Shown: positions 25,601-33,792 of the stretch, piece after piece | Layout of the letters: every line of letters begins with the position of its first letter | How positions within the stretch are numbered: the stretch's first letter is position 1 | The notes under the pieces: model-generated | Seen by the model: the letters and a program-made list of their open reading frames with translations, nothing else | Told to the model about the DNA's origin: nothing | The model's database searches: none | IMG/VR virus record: IMGVR_UViG_3300025646_000012 | Location: 1 to 64,000 of that record | DNA: 64,000 nucleotides | Strand: one strand, 5' to 3' | Source: a virus | Position numbers and translations under genes: made by a program

Positions 25601-26736
25601 CTGAAACATTAACTAAAAAAGAGGGTAGAACAACTACCACTGTTACAAGTACCGTAAAGAAAGATGAAATTGTTGCAACATCAATGGGTGATCAAATCCT
25701 TTATGAAACCTCAATTCAATATCAAAGATCTAGATTTATATTCTTCAAAGCTCAAGGTTTAAGACCGAATACTAGATATTTTCCATTCTATAATGGAACT
25801 GATGTTTCAAATTGGATAAGAGCAGGATCAGGTTTATTCCAATATTTTGCTGCATTACCAACAAATAGTGTCTATCTTGATCCTGGTGATAAATATAAAA
25901 ATGCAACAGAGTTTCCACTTGACCTTGGCGGAAAAACAAGTCAAATATTTAGTAATTCACAAGGTGTTGTTGAAGGTATTTTCTTTGTACCAAATACCGA
26001 TTCTATTAAATTCCTAACAGGAACTAGACAATTTGTATTAATAGATATTAGCACACTTGATAGAACTTCTGCTCTATCTTATGCTCAAACTGAATTTGTT
26101 TCAACTGGTACAATGCAAACATATCAAGAATCCATTAAACATACTAGAAGATATATTGTTGATACATCAATTGTTACAACTACTGAACCTTCATACGATA
26201 AAAGAGATGATGCTACTAATAGTTCTAGTGGTGGTGATGGTGGTAATGATGGTCCTATGAATTGGTATAGCGCCGATGGATCCTGGGTAGGTGCCGGTTA
26301 TGCTGGTTATCCATCAACTACAGAGTATGGTAAGTCTTATTCAAAAGAATTTGCTGCGGCTGATAAAGCTGGAGATGTAGCTGGACCAAACGGCGGATCA
26401 AATGATAAAATTATTTGTACCGCAATGAATGAAACATATGGATTTGGTTCTTTCCGTCAAAAGATCTGGCTTGAACAATCTCGTGATCTACCAGAAGAAT
26501 ATCAAATTGGTTATCATGCAATTGGTCTACCTCTCATTCAGTATGCTTATCGTACTAAGAAACCTGGTCACATGGCAATTAGAAGAACTCTGGAACACAT
26601 TGCTAGACATAGAACTGCGGATATTTGGAAACAGAAACATGGTAAAAGAGATTATGTTGGCGCAATAGAACGTGCTATTTTAGAACCTATATGTTATGTA
26701 ACTGGATGGGCAATTAAAAGAATAGGAAACCGCTAA
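22672..26736 (+). CDS. large virion structural protein (VrlC/DUF4815-like), N-terminal part, with C-terminal KIICT domain
   Basis: Y.DDF....YYRILF..G..LQARELTQLQ, APGADR, RTFEESGNY.V, RRYTM.DI..LE.R. Confidence 0.8.
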   Translation: MVSNVTSTTFSQTYRDDFADSDNYYRILFRGGRALQARELTQLQTIIQREAEAHARFVFKEGAAVHSGGVQVNTRFEFAKLNTGTYTLPTNFSTLIGETFTGLTSTIKVRIVDIVEAEGSDPATIYIEYVNNNSISGTTSPVRLTPGEIINGDVSGTNLQIQTTNTTANPAVGRGTRLSVKEAVYFVNGHFVFTASQDILVSKYTSTPTEKVGFTVTEQIVTALDDTALYDNSNDTPNLTAPGADRYKIFLTLALETNVDSDTTFIPAFDIVDGNLAAAKMPGDESLSIIRDIMAKRTFEESGNYTVKPFIMKTLDNDSDNTKLDINIAPGIAYVQGYRYETFSPIRIPIAKPRTTVTINNDVIAAEYGNYVLASNFLGMPAIDTFATVNLRSAVTHGGSTIGSARIRAVEKFGSTYRIYLFDVSMNAGQQFSSVRSIGTSTAQYSDLILENGVAVIKDTANNNLLFDLSKTRPSALSDISLTTQRKLTGTTTGSGTIQFNLSAPGETFANSSNWLLTVDSSGAEQTINITAGGNGNASVTLGTLPTSSAVSLAAYINKGSATVKTKTLTNRTATIAPEGDNSVQLERADIYRINEIRDGSASGNIITNYYILDNGQRDNFYAEGVLYLRSGYSAPAGNVYVDFDFFDHGASGDFFAVNSYTGQVNYEDIPAHRQRNGEIVQLRNAVDFRSRKANTAGDFTSTGAVRMEIPANTDLITADVSYYLGQAYRIVIDQSGSFQAIAGERSLYPIYPSTPENSMELYRLLVNPYTLDDSDVSLTYVDNRRYTMRDIADLETRMDKIEEITTLNLLELETATLEVLDSNGNNRLKIGLTADNFTDHFQSARNSIEYKASTDAFNRELRPSFVTRSSELVYDSDNSQFVSLIGDTVYPLYEEVLYTVNDKASDAIPVNQFNLGVTVGHIKLSPSTDTWFDTERVPAKIIDGGTKIDPKNNSLWNDWGFNWSGVSESKLKENYSETLTKKEGRTTTTVTSTVKKDEIVATSMGDQILYETSIQYQRSRFIFFKAQGLRPNTRYFPFYNGTDVSNWIRAGSGLFQYFAALPTNSVYLDPGDKYKNATEFPLDLGGKTSQIFSNSQGVVEGIFFVPNTDSIKFLTGTRQFVLIDISTLDRTSALSYAQTEFVSTGTMQTYQESIKHTRRYIVDTSIVTTTEPSYDKRDDATNSSSGGDGGNDGPMNWYSADGSWVGAGYAGYPSTTEYGKSYSKEFAAADKAGDVAGPNGGSNDKIICTAMNETYGFGSFRQKIWLEQSRDLPEEYQIGYHAIGLPLIQYAYRTKKPGHMAIRRTLEHIARHRTADIWKQKHGKRDYVGAIERAILEPICYVTGWAIKRIGNR

Positions 26737-28340
26737 TGTCAGCTCAAACATCTGAAAAATCACAACCGATTGCTCAAACATTTATGGTAAATCACGCAAG
26801 CGGCATTTATATAACAAAGGTTGGGTTATTTTTTGCCACAAAAGCTGATAATGCGGATTATCCAGTTCAAGTTCATATTAGACCAACCGTAAATGGTGTT
26901 CCTGATAGTCATAAAATTTTGGAAAATAGTATTGTATTTAAAGCAGCAAGTGCAATTACAACATCAACTGATGCTACAGCTGAAACTATTTTCCAATTTG
27001 AAGAACCAGTATATTTAGAAGGTGGTAAAGAATATGCGGTTTGTGTAAATTCAAATGCAAAAAGTAATGCATATCAAATTTATTCATCAAAACTAGGTGA
27101 ATTTGCCTTAGGTAGTACAACAGCAAGAATTCAAAGCGATCCTTATGCTGGGGTATTTTTCAAATCTTCAAATGGGAAAACATTTGAAGCTGATAATACA
27201 CGAGATCTTACATTTAAAATTTATAGAGCAAACTTTTTATATGAAAATGCGCTGGTAAGATTTAATGCAGCACCACCACCGGTAAAACTTCTACCAACGG
27301 ATCCATTTAAGTTTACTGCATCAGATGCAACGTTAAGAGTGTATCATTCAAATCATGGATTCCAGGTAAATGATACAGTTTACATTTCTACTGATTCAAG
27401 TGGATTTGATTCATCATCTACTGTAAATGGTGTTTTTGGTTCAAGTATTCTAGGATCAAGAGTTATTACAGCAATTGACCAAACCGGTTATACTTTTGAG
27501 ATGGATTCTACAGCAGATTCATCAATCTTTGGTGGTGGCACTGGTATTCTTGCAACCCAACAATATATGTTAGATGCATTTAAACCTAATGTTGAAATTC
27601 TACAACCAACTGGTTCTACTTATAGTATGTACTCCACATTAACTTCAGGTAAATCATATGCTGGATCTGAAACTGCATATGGAACAATCGGACCTATTCC
27701 GACTGAAAATAAAAATGATACTTTTTTAAGAAATCCTGCTGTAATTACAACTGAAGCAAAAGAAACCTCATTAGGTAGAAATACATTTACTCTTGAAGTT
27801 GAATTAAATTCAAAAAGTACATACGCGGCACCTTCTGTGGATCTACAAAGAGCATCAATAATTACTATTCATAACATTATTGATAATCAAGATTCATCAG
27901 CTACTGTAGGCTTTAATGTTCCAATTGATTTTGTAAATGAAACAACTGCTGGATTTGGTTCAGCATCTGCTAAACACTTAACGGTACCGTTTGTATTAAC
28001 TGAACCTGCTACAGGTATAAAAGTTCTAGTTGATGTAAATAGACCAAACGGAACAGATTTTGATCTTTATTATAGAACTTTACCAACAGGTTCTGATAGC
28101 GTTATTAATGAAATTGATTGGACTCTTGCATCAAAAGTAGAACCATCATCAAATCATAATAATCTACCTACGGATACTAATCCAAATCTATTCAGAGAAT
28201 ATAGATATACCATTGGTGGTGATTATGTAGGTCAATTAATTCCATTCAGTACTTATCAAATTAAGATTGTAATGAAATCAACATCATCAACTGATGTTCC
28301 AAGATTTAAAGCACTCAGAACTATTGCTCTAGGTACATAA
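26736..28340 (+). CDS. virion structural protein (VrlC/DUF4815-like C-terminal part)
   Basis: PIAQTF, LFF..K, F.F..PVYL, G.FFKS.N..T, DL.F.IYRA.F, FS.YQIKIVM...PR...LR.IA. Confidence 0.75.
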   Translation: MSAQTSEKSQPIAQTFMVNHASGIYITKVGLFFATKADNADYPVQVHIRPTVNGVPDSHKILENSIVFKAASAITTSTDATAETIFQFEEPVYLEGGKEYAVCVNSNAKSNAYQIYSSKLGEFALGSTTARIQSDPYAGVFFKSSNGKTFEADNTRDLTFKIYRANFLYENALVRFNAAPPPVKLLPTDPFKFTASDATLRVYHSNHGFQVNDTVYISTDSSGFDSSSTVNGVFGSSILGSRVITAIDQTGYTFEMDSTADSSIFGGGTGILATQQYMLDAFKPNVEILQPTGSTYSMYSTLTSGKSYAGSETAYGTIGPIPTENKNDTFLRNPAVITTEAKETSLGRNTFTLEVELNSKSTYAAPSVDLQRASIITIHNIIDNQDSSATVGFNVPIDFVNETTAGFGSASAKHLTVPFVLTEPATGIKVLVDVNRPNGTDFDLYYRTLPTGSDSVINEIDWTLASKVEPSSNHNNLPTDTNPNLFREYRYTIGGDYVGQLIPFSTYQIKIVMKSTSSTDVPRFKALRTIALGT

Positions 28341-28342
28341 TA

Positions 28343-28558
28343 ATGGATTTAATTAAAGTTGAAGGTCAGCCTGGGTTAGCAAGAGATAAAAGAACTGGTG
28401 CAATTTTAAATATAAATAGTACCGAGGTTAACCGAATTAAAGAACTGAGAAAAAATCAAAGAGATTTAAAAAAGGTTGAGCGCGAAGAAATTAACCAGCT
28501 TAAAAGTGATGTTGCAGAAATTAAAATGATATTAAGCAAAATTGTAGAGAAGCTATAA
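28343..28558 (+). CDS. conserved small T4-like virion protein with coiled coil
   Basis: KVEG..GL.RD..TGAI.N; EI..LK.DV.EIK..L. Confidence 0.7.
   Translation: MDLIKVEGQPGLARDKRTGAILNINSTEVNRIKELRKNQRDLKKVEREEINQLKSDVAEIKMILSKIVEKL
28411..28418 (+). promoter_or_regulatory. candidate internal late promoter upstream of the short-fibre / repeat-protein / glycosyltransferase cassette
   Basis: TATAAATA inside ORF 28343. Confidence 0.4.
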
Positions 28559-28878
28559 TGTCAGTTATTAATATTGATCTTTCGGATACTATTATAAGTT
28601 GGAGAAATAAAACCAACCAAATAGCTACAAATCTTGGTGATCTTTCTCTTCTGACTGATTCAGCAGCATCAATTGTATCATCAATTAACACTTTACAAGC
28701 CGGATATGATAGTGATATAATAGCACTAAGAACTGATGTTTATGGCGATAGTGGTGGTATTCTAGATTTATCTGCACTAAATACTACTGATAAAACATCT
28801 ATCATTTCTGCAATTAATGAACTTGATCGTAGATTAGTTGATGTATATAATTCAAGCGGCGTTTTATTGAATACATAA
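28558..28878 (+). CDS. short fibre-like virion protein
   Basis: D....WR.KTN N-terminal motif; L.T.DK.SI..AINE; ends DVYNSSGVLLN. Confidence 0.65.
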   Translation: MSVINIDLSDTIISWRNKTNQIATNLGDLSLLTDSAASIVSSINTLQAGYDSDIIALRTDVYGDSGGILDLSALNTTDKTSIISAINELDRRLVDVYNSSGVLLNT

Positions 28879-28888
28879 GGAATAAAAT

Positions 28889-30181
28889 ATGGGAACCCCA
28901 ATAAAACTTGAAGGTGGCTCTGGTGACCTAAAGGAAATGTCAACAGGTGAAGAAGCTTGGTTAGCATATCAGTGCGGTTTACAACTTGCTGCTTCCACAA
29001 CTTCTGATCCGGGTGCTTTAACTACATCATCGGCTGGTAATACCAATATTGGTTCATATACAAATACATTTTTTAATGAAGCCGTGGGTACTCATCCTGG
29101 TTCATCTATTACATCAGGCTCAACAACTACTACAGTTTATCAAGCAACAGGTACTGCAACTGAAGCTGGCGCTGATTTTCATAGACCTATCCGTTGGAAC
29201 GGAACTGGTTTTGAGGAAATGGATGATACCGAATTAAATACTTTAGTTGATAGACTTTTAGGTCTTGTTTTTGCTAATTCATATCCTGGTGATTATTATT
29301 TGGCATCGTCATCTCCCGGCGGAACTTATGATACCCATATTTCAAGTATATTTTCAGATACAAGAACTGATGGAACTACGGTAACTTACAATATCTATCA
29401 AAGACAATCTATAGCCTCACCACCGAGTGAAGTTAAATGTGTTAAGATATTTAATGATACAACATCATTTGATGGTCTTAAGGAAATGAGCAATACTGAA
29501 ATTGCTTATACTTTGGGACAAAGAATGAAAACTCGTATTATGAGTTCTGCAAATAATATTGGTGCATATCAACTCAGAAGTTCTGCCCAGGGTGCTCCTG
29601 TTTCTGGTGGTACTTGGGTATCTAGAGGAACTGCAACCGATACTAAAAATACAACTGCTGATGTAGATTATTCTGCAATTTATACTCAAGTTATAGCAGA
29701 AAACTATATAGGTAATTACACCAGAGATAGAACACAGAACTTTGTGGGTAACTATACCAGAGATAGAACACAGAACTTTGTGGGTACTTATACCAGAGAT
29801 AGAACACAGAACTTTGTTGGTAATTATACTAATCCTAATGCTATTAATTATCAAAGAACTAGAATTGTAAGCAGGGTTACGTATTATGCAGGCCGTATAG
29901 ATTATCCGTATTGGATAGGTAATTATGTTGGTGATTATTTAGGCCCCGCATCATATGCTGGAGATTATGTCGGTAACTTTATTGGTAACTATGCTGGCGA
30001 TTATGTGGCTAATTACGTTGGTAACTATGATGGAGACTATGTAGGTAACTTTATTGGTAACTATGATGGTGACTATGAAGGTAACTTTGAAGGCAATTAC
30101 TTAGGAAATTATTTGGGTGAAACAATTAATTCCGGAACAACAACCATAGAAACATATACATTATATGTGAGAACTGCTTAA
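28889..30181 (+). CDS. virion protein with three N-terminal (L/F)xEM repeats and C-terminal tetrapeptide repeat arrays
   Basis: LKEMS / FEEMD / LKEMS repeats; (GNYTRDRTQNFV)x3; (G-N/D-Y/F-x)n. Confidence 0.75.
   Translation: MGTPIKLEGGSGDLKEMSTGEEAWLAYQCGLQLAASTTSDPGALTTSSAGNTNIGSYTNTFFNEAVGTHPGSSITSGSTTTTVYQATGTATEAGADFHRPIRWNGTGFEEMDDTELNTLVDRLLGLVFANSYPGDYYLASSSPGGTYDTHISSIFSDTRTDGTTVTYNIYQRQSIASPPSEVKCVKIFNDTTSFDGLKEMSNTEIAYTLGQRMKTRIMSSANNIGAYQLRSSAQGAPVSGGTWVSRGTATDTKNTTADVDYSAIYTQVIAENYIGNYTRDRTQNFVGNYTRDRTQNFVGTYTRDRTQNFVGNYTNPNAINYQRTRIVSRVTYYAGRIDYPYWIGNYVGDYLGPASYAGDYVGNFIGNYAGDYVANYVGNYDGDYVGNFIGNYDGDYEGNFEGNYLGNYLGETINSGTTTIETYTLYVRTA
29711..29830 (+). repeat. 36-bp coding tandem repeat, about 3.3 copies
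   Basis: Unit ggtaa(t/c)ta(c/t)accagagatagaacacagaactttgt(g/t) encoding GNYTRDRTQNFV. Confidence 0.9.
29918..30118 (+). repeat. degenerate 12-bp coding repeat (G-N/D-Y/F-x)
   Basis: GNYV GDYL ... GNFI GNYA GDYV ANYV GNYD GDYV GNFI GNYD GDYE GNFE GNYL GNYL. Confidence 0.85.
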
Positions 30182-30197
30182 TTATACGGAGATAATA

Positions 30198-30659
30198 ATG
30201 ATTGATAGAAAATGGGCTGATGATTCTTTTTGGGAAAGCTATGATCGAAATAGAATTACCACAGTTTTAATGACCACAGACGCTGAAGGTAGAGTAACAA
30301 AACAACAATTAACGGTAAATCGACTTAATCCTGACGGCACCGAAAATTCGGACTTCCAAGAAATTCTAAATTCTCTTACAGAAGAAAAAATTACGGAAAA
30401 TACTCAAAAACGTAACGAAAAAAAAGCCGCTGAAAGAGAAGCTAAAGAACAACAAAGACTAGAAAGAGAAAAAGCAGCGGAATTACAAAAGCTTTTTGAA
30501 GCAAAAATTCAAGCATTTGAAATTGATGAAATTAAGAATTCCAGAAATAGACTTTTAAAAGCTAAATTAAGAAAAGCTAAAAACCTAATTGAAGTGAATC
30601 TCTATTCAATGATGATTGTTATGGAAGAACTAGAAAATGGATCAGAAGCAACCGAGTAA
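30198..30659 (+). CDS. hypothetical protein with charged coiled coil (possible fibre chaperone)
   Basis: GGAG RBS; LF.AK...FEI.EIK.S.NR..K..LRKAK. Confidence 0.7.
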   Translation: MIDRKWADDSFWESYDRNRITTVLMTTDAEGRVTKQQLTVNRLNPDGTENSDFQEILNSLTEEKITENTQKRNEKKAAEREAKEQQRLEREKAAELQKLFEAKIQAFEIDEIKNSRNRLLKAKLRKAKNLIEVNLYSMMIVMEELENGSEATE

Positions 30660-31377
30660 AGGTTATTTAATAGTAGCTTCTCGTACAAAAGAATTTTATA
30701 AGATGGGTATTAATCTTATAAGATCTTTAAAAGAATTTTATCCTGAAGCACAAGTATGTTTCGTCACAGAAAAACTATTCTGTGACGGCAATGAATCTAT
30801 TGCTGATCATCTTTTTTATTGTGGCGATAATCACAGAGAAAAACTTTGGGCATTATCTCAAACACCATTTGATATTACAATGTATATTGATGCTGATTGT
30901 GAAATATTTCACGAAGATATAAAAAATGCGTTTGATATGTTAGATGGTCACGACTTAATGTTTACGCCTTTAATTGAGGAAAGAGCACATTATTTTAAAA
31001 AAGGTATATGGGAAAACGGCCGTTTAAAATTAAATGGAGGTGTATTTGTTTATGATATAAGAAATCCTTTAGTAAAAGATTTTATGAATGATTGGAATAT
31101 TTATTATAAACAACAACTTTTAGGTATATGGTGGCCAGATTTAAAAGATGGTAAACCTGATTATGATAAACATCCGGAACATTTAAGGCGATGGGATCAA
31201 TTCACATTATGGTGGTTAACTAATGTTAACGAAAAATATAAAGATATAAAATTAAAAATATTTAGTGAAGATGAAAGATGGAATTGGTATTCGTCTTTTA
31301 ATGAAAAAGAAAATAAATCTGGTAAAGATATAATCATTTATCATTATTCATCACATGCTTATAAAGGAAAATATTAA
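30637..31377 (+). CDS. GT-A fold glycosyltransferase-like protein
   Basis: TPFD.T.YIDADC (DxD), NGGVF, WDQ, C-terminal HY. Confidence 0.75.
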   Translation: MDQKQPSKGYLIVASRTKEFYKMGINLIRSLKEFYPEAQVCFVTEKLFCDGNESIADHLFYCGDNHREKLWALSQTPFDITMYIDADCEIFHEDIKNAFDMLDGHDLMFTPLIEERAHYFKKGIWENGRLKLNGGVFVYDIRNPLVKDFMNDWNIYYKQQLLGIWWPDLKDGKPDYDKHPEHLRRWDQFTLWWLTNVNEKYKDIKLKIFSEDERWNWYSSFNEKENKSGKDIIIYHYSSHAYKGKY

Positions 31378-32039
31378 TGAATAATATAATGAAATCAGTG
31401 GATATAAAAAATAAGGATATTTTAAATATTCTTAATGAATTTATAGATTTATGGTGGGATAAAAAAGAAACGGATTTACAAAAATTTTATCTTGGTGCAA
31501 AAGAAGAAAATAGAGAAGACTATATTAGTGATGAATATAAAATTAAAATTATGAATATGGGATCATTTCATAATGGATACCCTGAAAAATTAAGAGGATA
31601 TAGTATAAAACCAACTGAAAGTAGCACAAGATTTTCTGATATTGAAATTACAAAAAAATATATTGAAATAAATGAAAAATTACAAGTATTACTGAGTACA
31701 AAACATAATGCATTATGTGCAATATATCCACCTGAAGGATTTATTTCATGGCACAATAATGCAAATGCCTCTGCATATAATCTCATTTTTACATGGTCCG
31801 AGAATGGAAATGGTTATTGGAAGCATATAGATCCATATACAGGTAAAGATGTGGTTGTACAAGATATTCCAGGTTGGCAATGTAAGGCATTTTATTTTGG
31901 TGCTTATGAGGATAAACCAGAAGATATTGTATATCACATGGCATCCACTGATTGTTGGAGAATGACGGTTTCATATATGTTTGATAGACATCATAAGCAA
32001 TTCTGGGAAGATGTTATTGAGGAAATTGAAACTGAATGA
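31377..32039 (+). CDS. 2OG-Fe(II) dioxygenase-like (double-stranded beta-helix) protein
   Basis: YPP.GFISWHNN...YH.A....WR.T.S; HxN...H triad plus distal Arg. Confidence 0.6.
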   Translation: MNNIMKSVDIKNKDILNILNEFIDLWWDKKETDLQKFYLGAKEENREDYISDEYKIKIMNMGSFHNGYPEKLRGYSIKPTESSTRFSDIEITKKYIEINEKLQVLLSTKHNALCAIYPPEGFISWHNNANASAYNLIFTWSENGNGYWKHIDPYTGKDVVVQDIPGWQCKAFYFGAYEDKPEDIVYHMASTDCWRMTVSYMFDRHHKQFWEDVIEEIETE

Positions 32040-32701
32040 TCGACATATGTGTTACACATTTTGGTAACAAGTATAGTACAAAATATCTAGATAATTTACA
32101 AAATGGAATTGCCAGGAATTACTCTGGCAATTTTAATTTTTTAGTATTATCAGACTGCCCAAATGGTCATTGGGATAAAATAAGTTTTTTTGAAACTGAT
32201 AATCCAACAATTATTATGGACATTGATATATTAGTTACTGGTAATTTAGATGAATTAATTAATTATAATGTGCAAGAAAATACCCTTGCTGCATTTCCAA
32301 GATGGTGGAGAAATGGCGGTTGTCCTATTAATGGTGGGTTTTATAAAATAAATCCTGGACCAAATATATGGTCCGTAATTGATAAGTTCTATTCGGATCC
32401 AGAATTTTGGATTGAATATTATGGTAAGCTTGTAGGAACACCAGGTAAAGGCGAGCAAGATTTTATCAATGACTCAGTATACTATATCAATAAATTACCC
32501 GGTCAGTGGTTAGGTATTCATACCGAAGGTTCTAAAAGATATGATCCAAATATAATGAATAAATATTATAATGAATATAATATGCCTTTAATGAAAAAAG
32601 ATAAATTTGGTGATCAGGTAAAACTAGTTCACTTTATTTACGATGATAATATGATTGAAAATAAATCACAAATGGTTTTGGATCTTTGGAATACAACGTA
32701 A
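32036..32701 (+). CDS. GT-A fold glycosyltransferase-like protein
   Basis: G.KYS..Y...L, W.KI..F, MDIDI, INGG, GEQ, VHF. Confidence 0.75.
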   Translation: MIDICVTHFGNKYSTKYLDNLQNGIARNYSGNFNFLVLSDCPNGHWDKISFFETDNPTIIMDIDILVTGNLDELINYNVQENTLAAFPRWWRNGGCPINGGFYKINPGPNIWSVIDKFYSDPEFWIEYYGKLVGTPGKGEQDFINDSVYYINKLPGQWLGIHTEGSKRYDPNIMNKYYNEYNMPLMKKDKFGDQVKLVHFIYDDNMIENKSQMVLDLWNTT

Positions 32702-33411
32702 TTGTAGTAAAATGGGGAACTAAATTCACCCCAGAACATGTAAATAGACTTTATAGAATGGCAAAGCGTAATATAACTTTGCCATTTAATTTTTATTGCT
32801 ACACTGAAGATCCAACCGGAATATATGATGAAGTGAATATCATACCACTTGATATATCACTAGAATTAGAAAAATGGTGGTGGAAACTTACATTATTCAG
32901 GAAAAATAATTTAGGTAATGGAGTTAATTTATTTTTGGATTTGGACGTAGTAATACAAAGTAATATTGATTATTTTTTTATAAAAGCAAAACATAATAAA
33001 ATAATACTAATATCACAAGATGATGATAACTGGCACATTTTTGCACAATTGAACCATGATCCTAAAACAACCCCGGCATATAATTCTTCTATTATGATTT
33101 GGTATAATAATGAAAATCAGGAAATTTATAAAAAATTTATAGATAATTACAAATTATATACAAAAATTTATTACGGTATTGATAGATTTTTAAGTTACGA
33201 AATATCTTCAACAAAATTTTTAAGTTTAAATAATAGTGATTATTATTATAGAAATTCAATTCGGGAAAATGAAATTTCTGAGAAATTATATTTCATAAGA
33301 TTTCCAGGTGGTAAAACGTTAGTTAATTTTAATAAAAATATACCAATATGTGTATTTAATGGTTGTCATGAAGATTTTTTTTATCAAGGTATGGAAAAGT
33401 TTTTATTATAA
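32686..33411 (+). CDS. GT-A fold glycosyltransferase-like protein
   Basis: KWG.KF....V.RLY.M..RN, CYTED, WWWKL.LF, FLDLDVVI, NSSIM, GID; TTG start. Confidence 0.78.
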   Translation: MEYNVIVVKWGTKFTPEHVNRLYRMAKRNITLPFNFYCYTEDPTGIYDEVNIIPLDISLELEKWWWKLTLFRKNNLGNGVNLFLDLDVVIQSNIDYFFIKAKHNKIILISQDDDNWHIFAQLNHDPKTTPAYNSSIMIWYNNENQEIYKKFIDNYKLYTKIYYGIDRFLSYEISSTKFLSLNNSDYYYRNSIRENEISEKLYFIRFPGGKTLVNFNKNIPICVFNGCHEDFFYQGMEKFLL

Positions 33412-33414
33412 ATA
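33407..33414 (+). promoter_or_regulatory. late promoter
   Basis: TATAAATA. Confidence 0.75.
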
Positions 33415-33444
33415 GTACAAATCTCTATAATAAAAAGGTCCGAA

Positions 33445-33777
33445 ATGGCACAATATGAAGAATTATATATTGAACAAGGATCCACTTTTCAATATGTTAT
33501 CACTCTATCCAACCCAGCTGGCGGAGCTTTTGATTTAACTTCTTATACAGCAAGATCACAGTTGAAAAGAAGTTATAAATCCGTATCAGCTACAGATTTT
33601 ACAATTACATATCCTAATCGTGCAGCTGGGCAAATTCAGTTAAATTTAACTGATGAAAATACTGCTCTATTAAAACATGGTAATTATGTTTTTGATGTTA
33701 TTATTGAAAGTTCGTCAGGAGAAATTTATAGGGTAATAGAAGGAATTGCTTTTATTGACCCTGGTGTTACAGAATAA
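33445..33777 (+). CDS. small tail-fibre attachment protein (BppU/LtfC-like)
   Basis: IEQG.TF, DLT.YTA.SQ, G.I.L.L....T, YVFDV, RV.EG...I.PGVT. Confidence 0.65.
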   Translation: MAQYEELYIEQGSTFQYVITLSNPAGGAFDLTSYTARSQLKRSYKSVSATDFTITYPNRAAGQIQLNLTDENTALLKHGNYVFDVIIESSSGEIYRVIEGIAFIDPGVTE

Positions 33778-33792
33778 CGAGTGTAACTAGGT

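Noticed and set aside
29711-29830. 36-bp direct repeats as a CRISPR array
   Set aside because: The repeats are contiguous with no spacers, in frame within a CDS, and no cas genes are present.
29918-30118. AAC/AAT-rich repeats as a diversity-generating retroelement
   Set aside because: No reverse transcriptase and no template/variable repeat pair with adenine-specific mismatches in the window.
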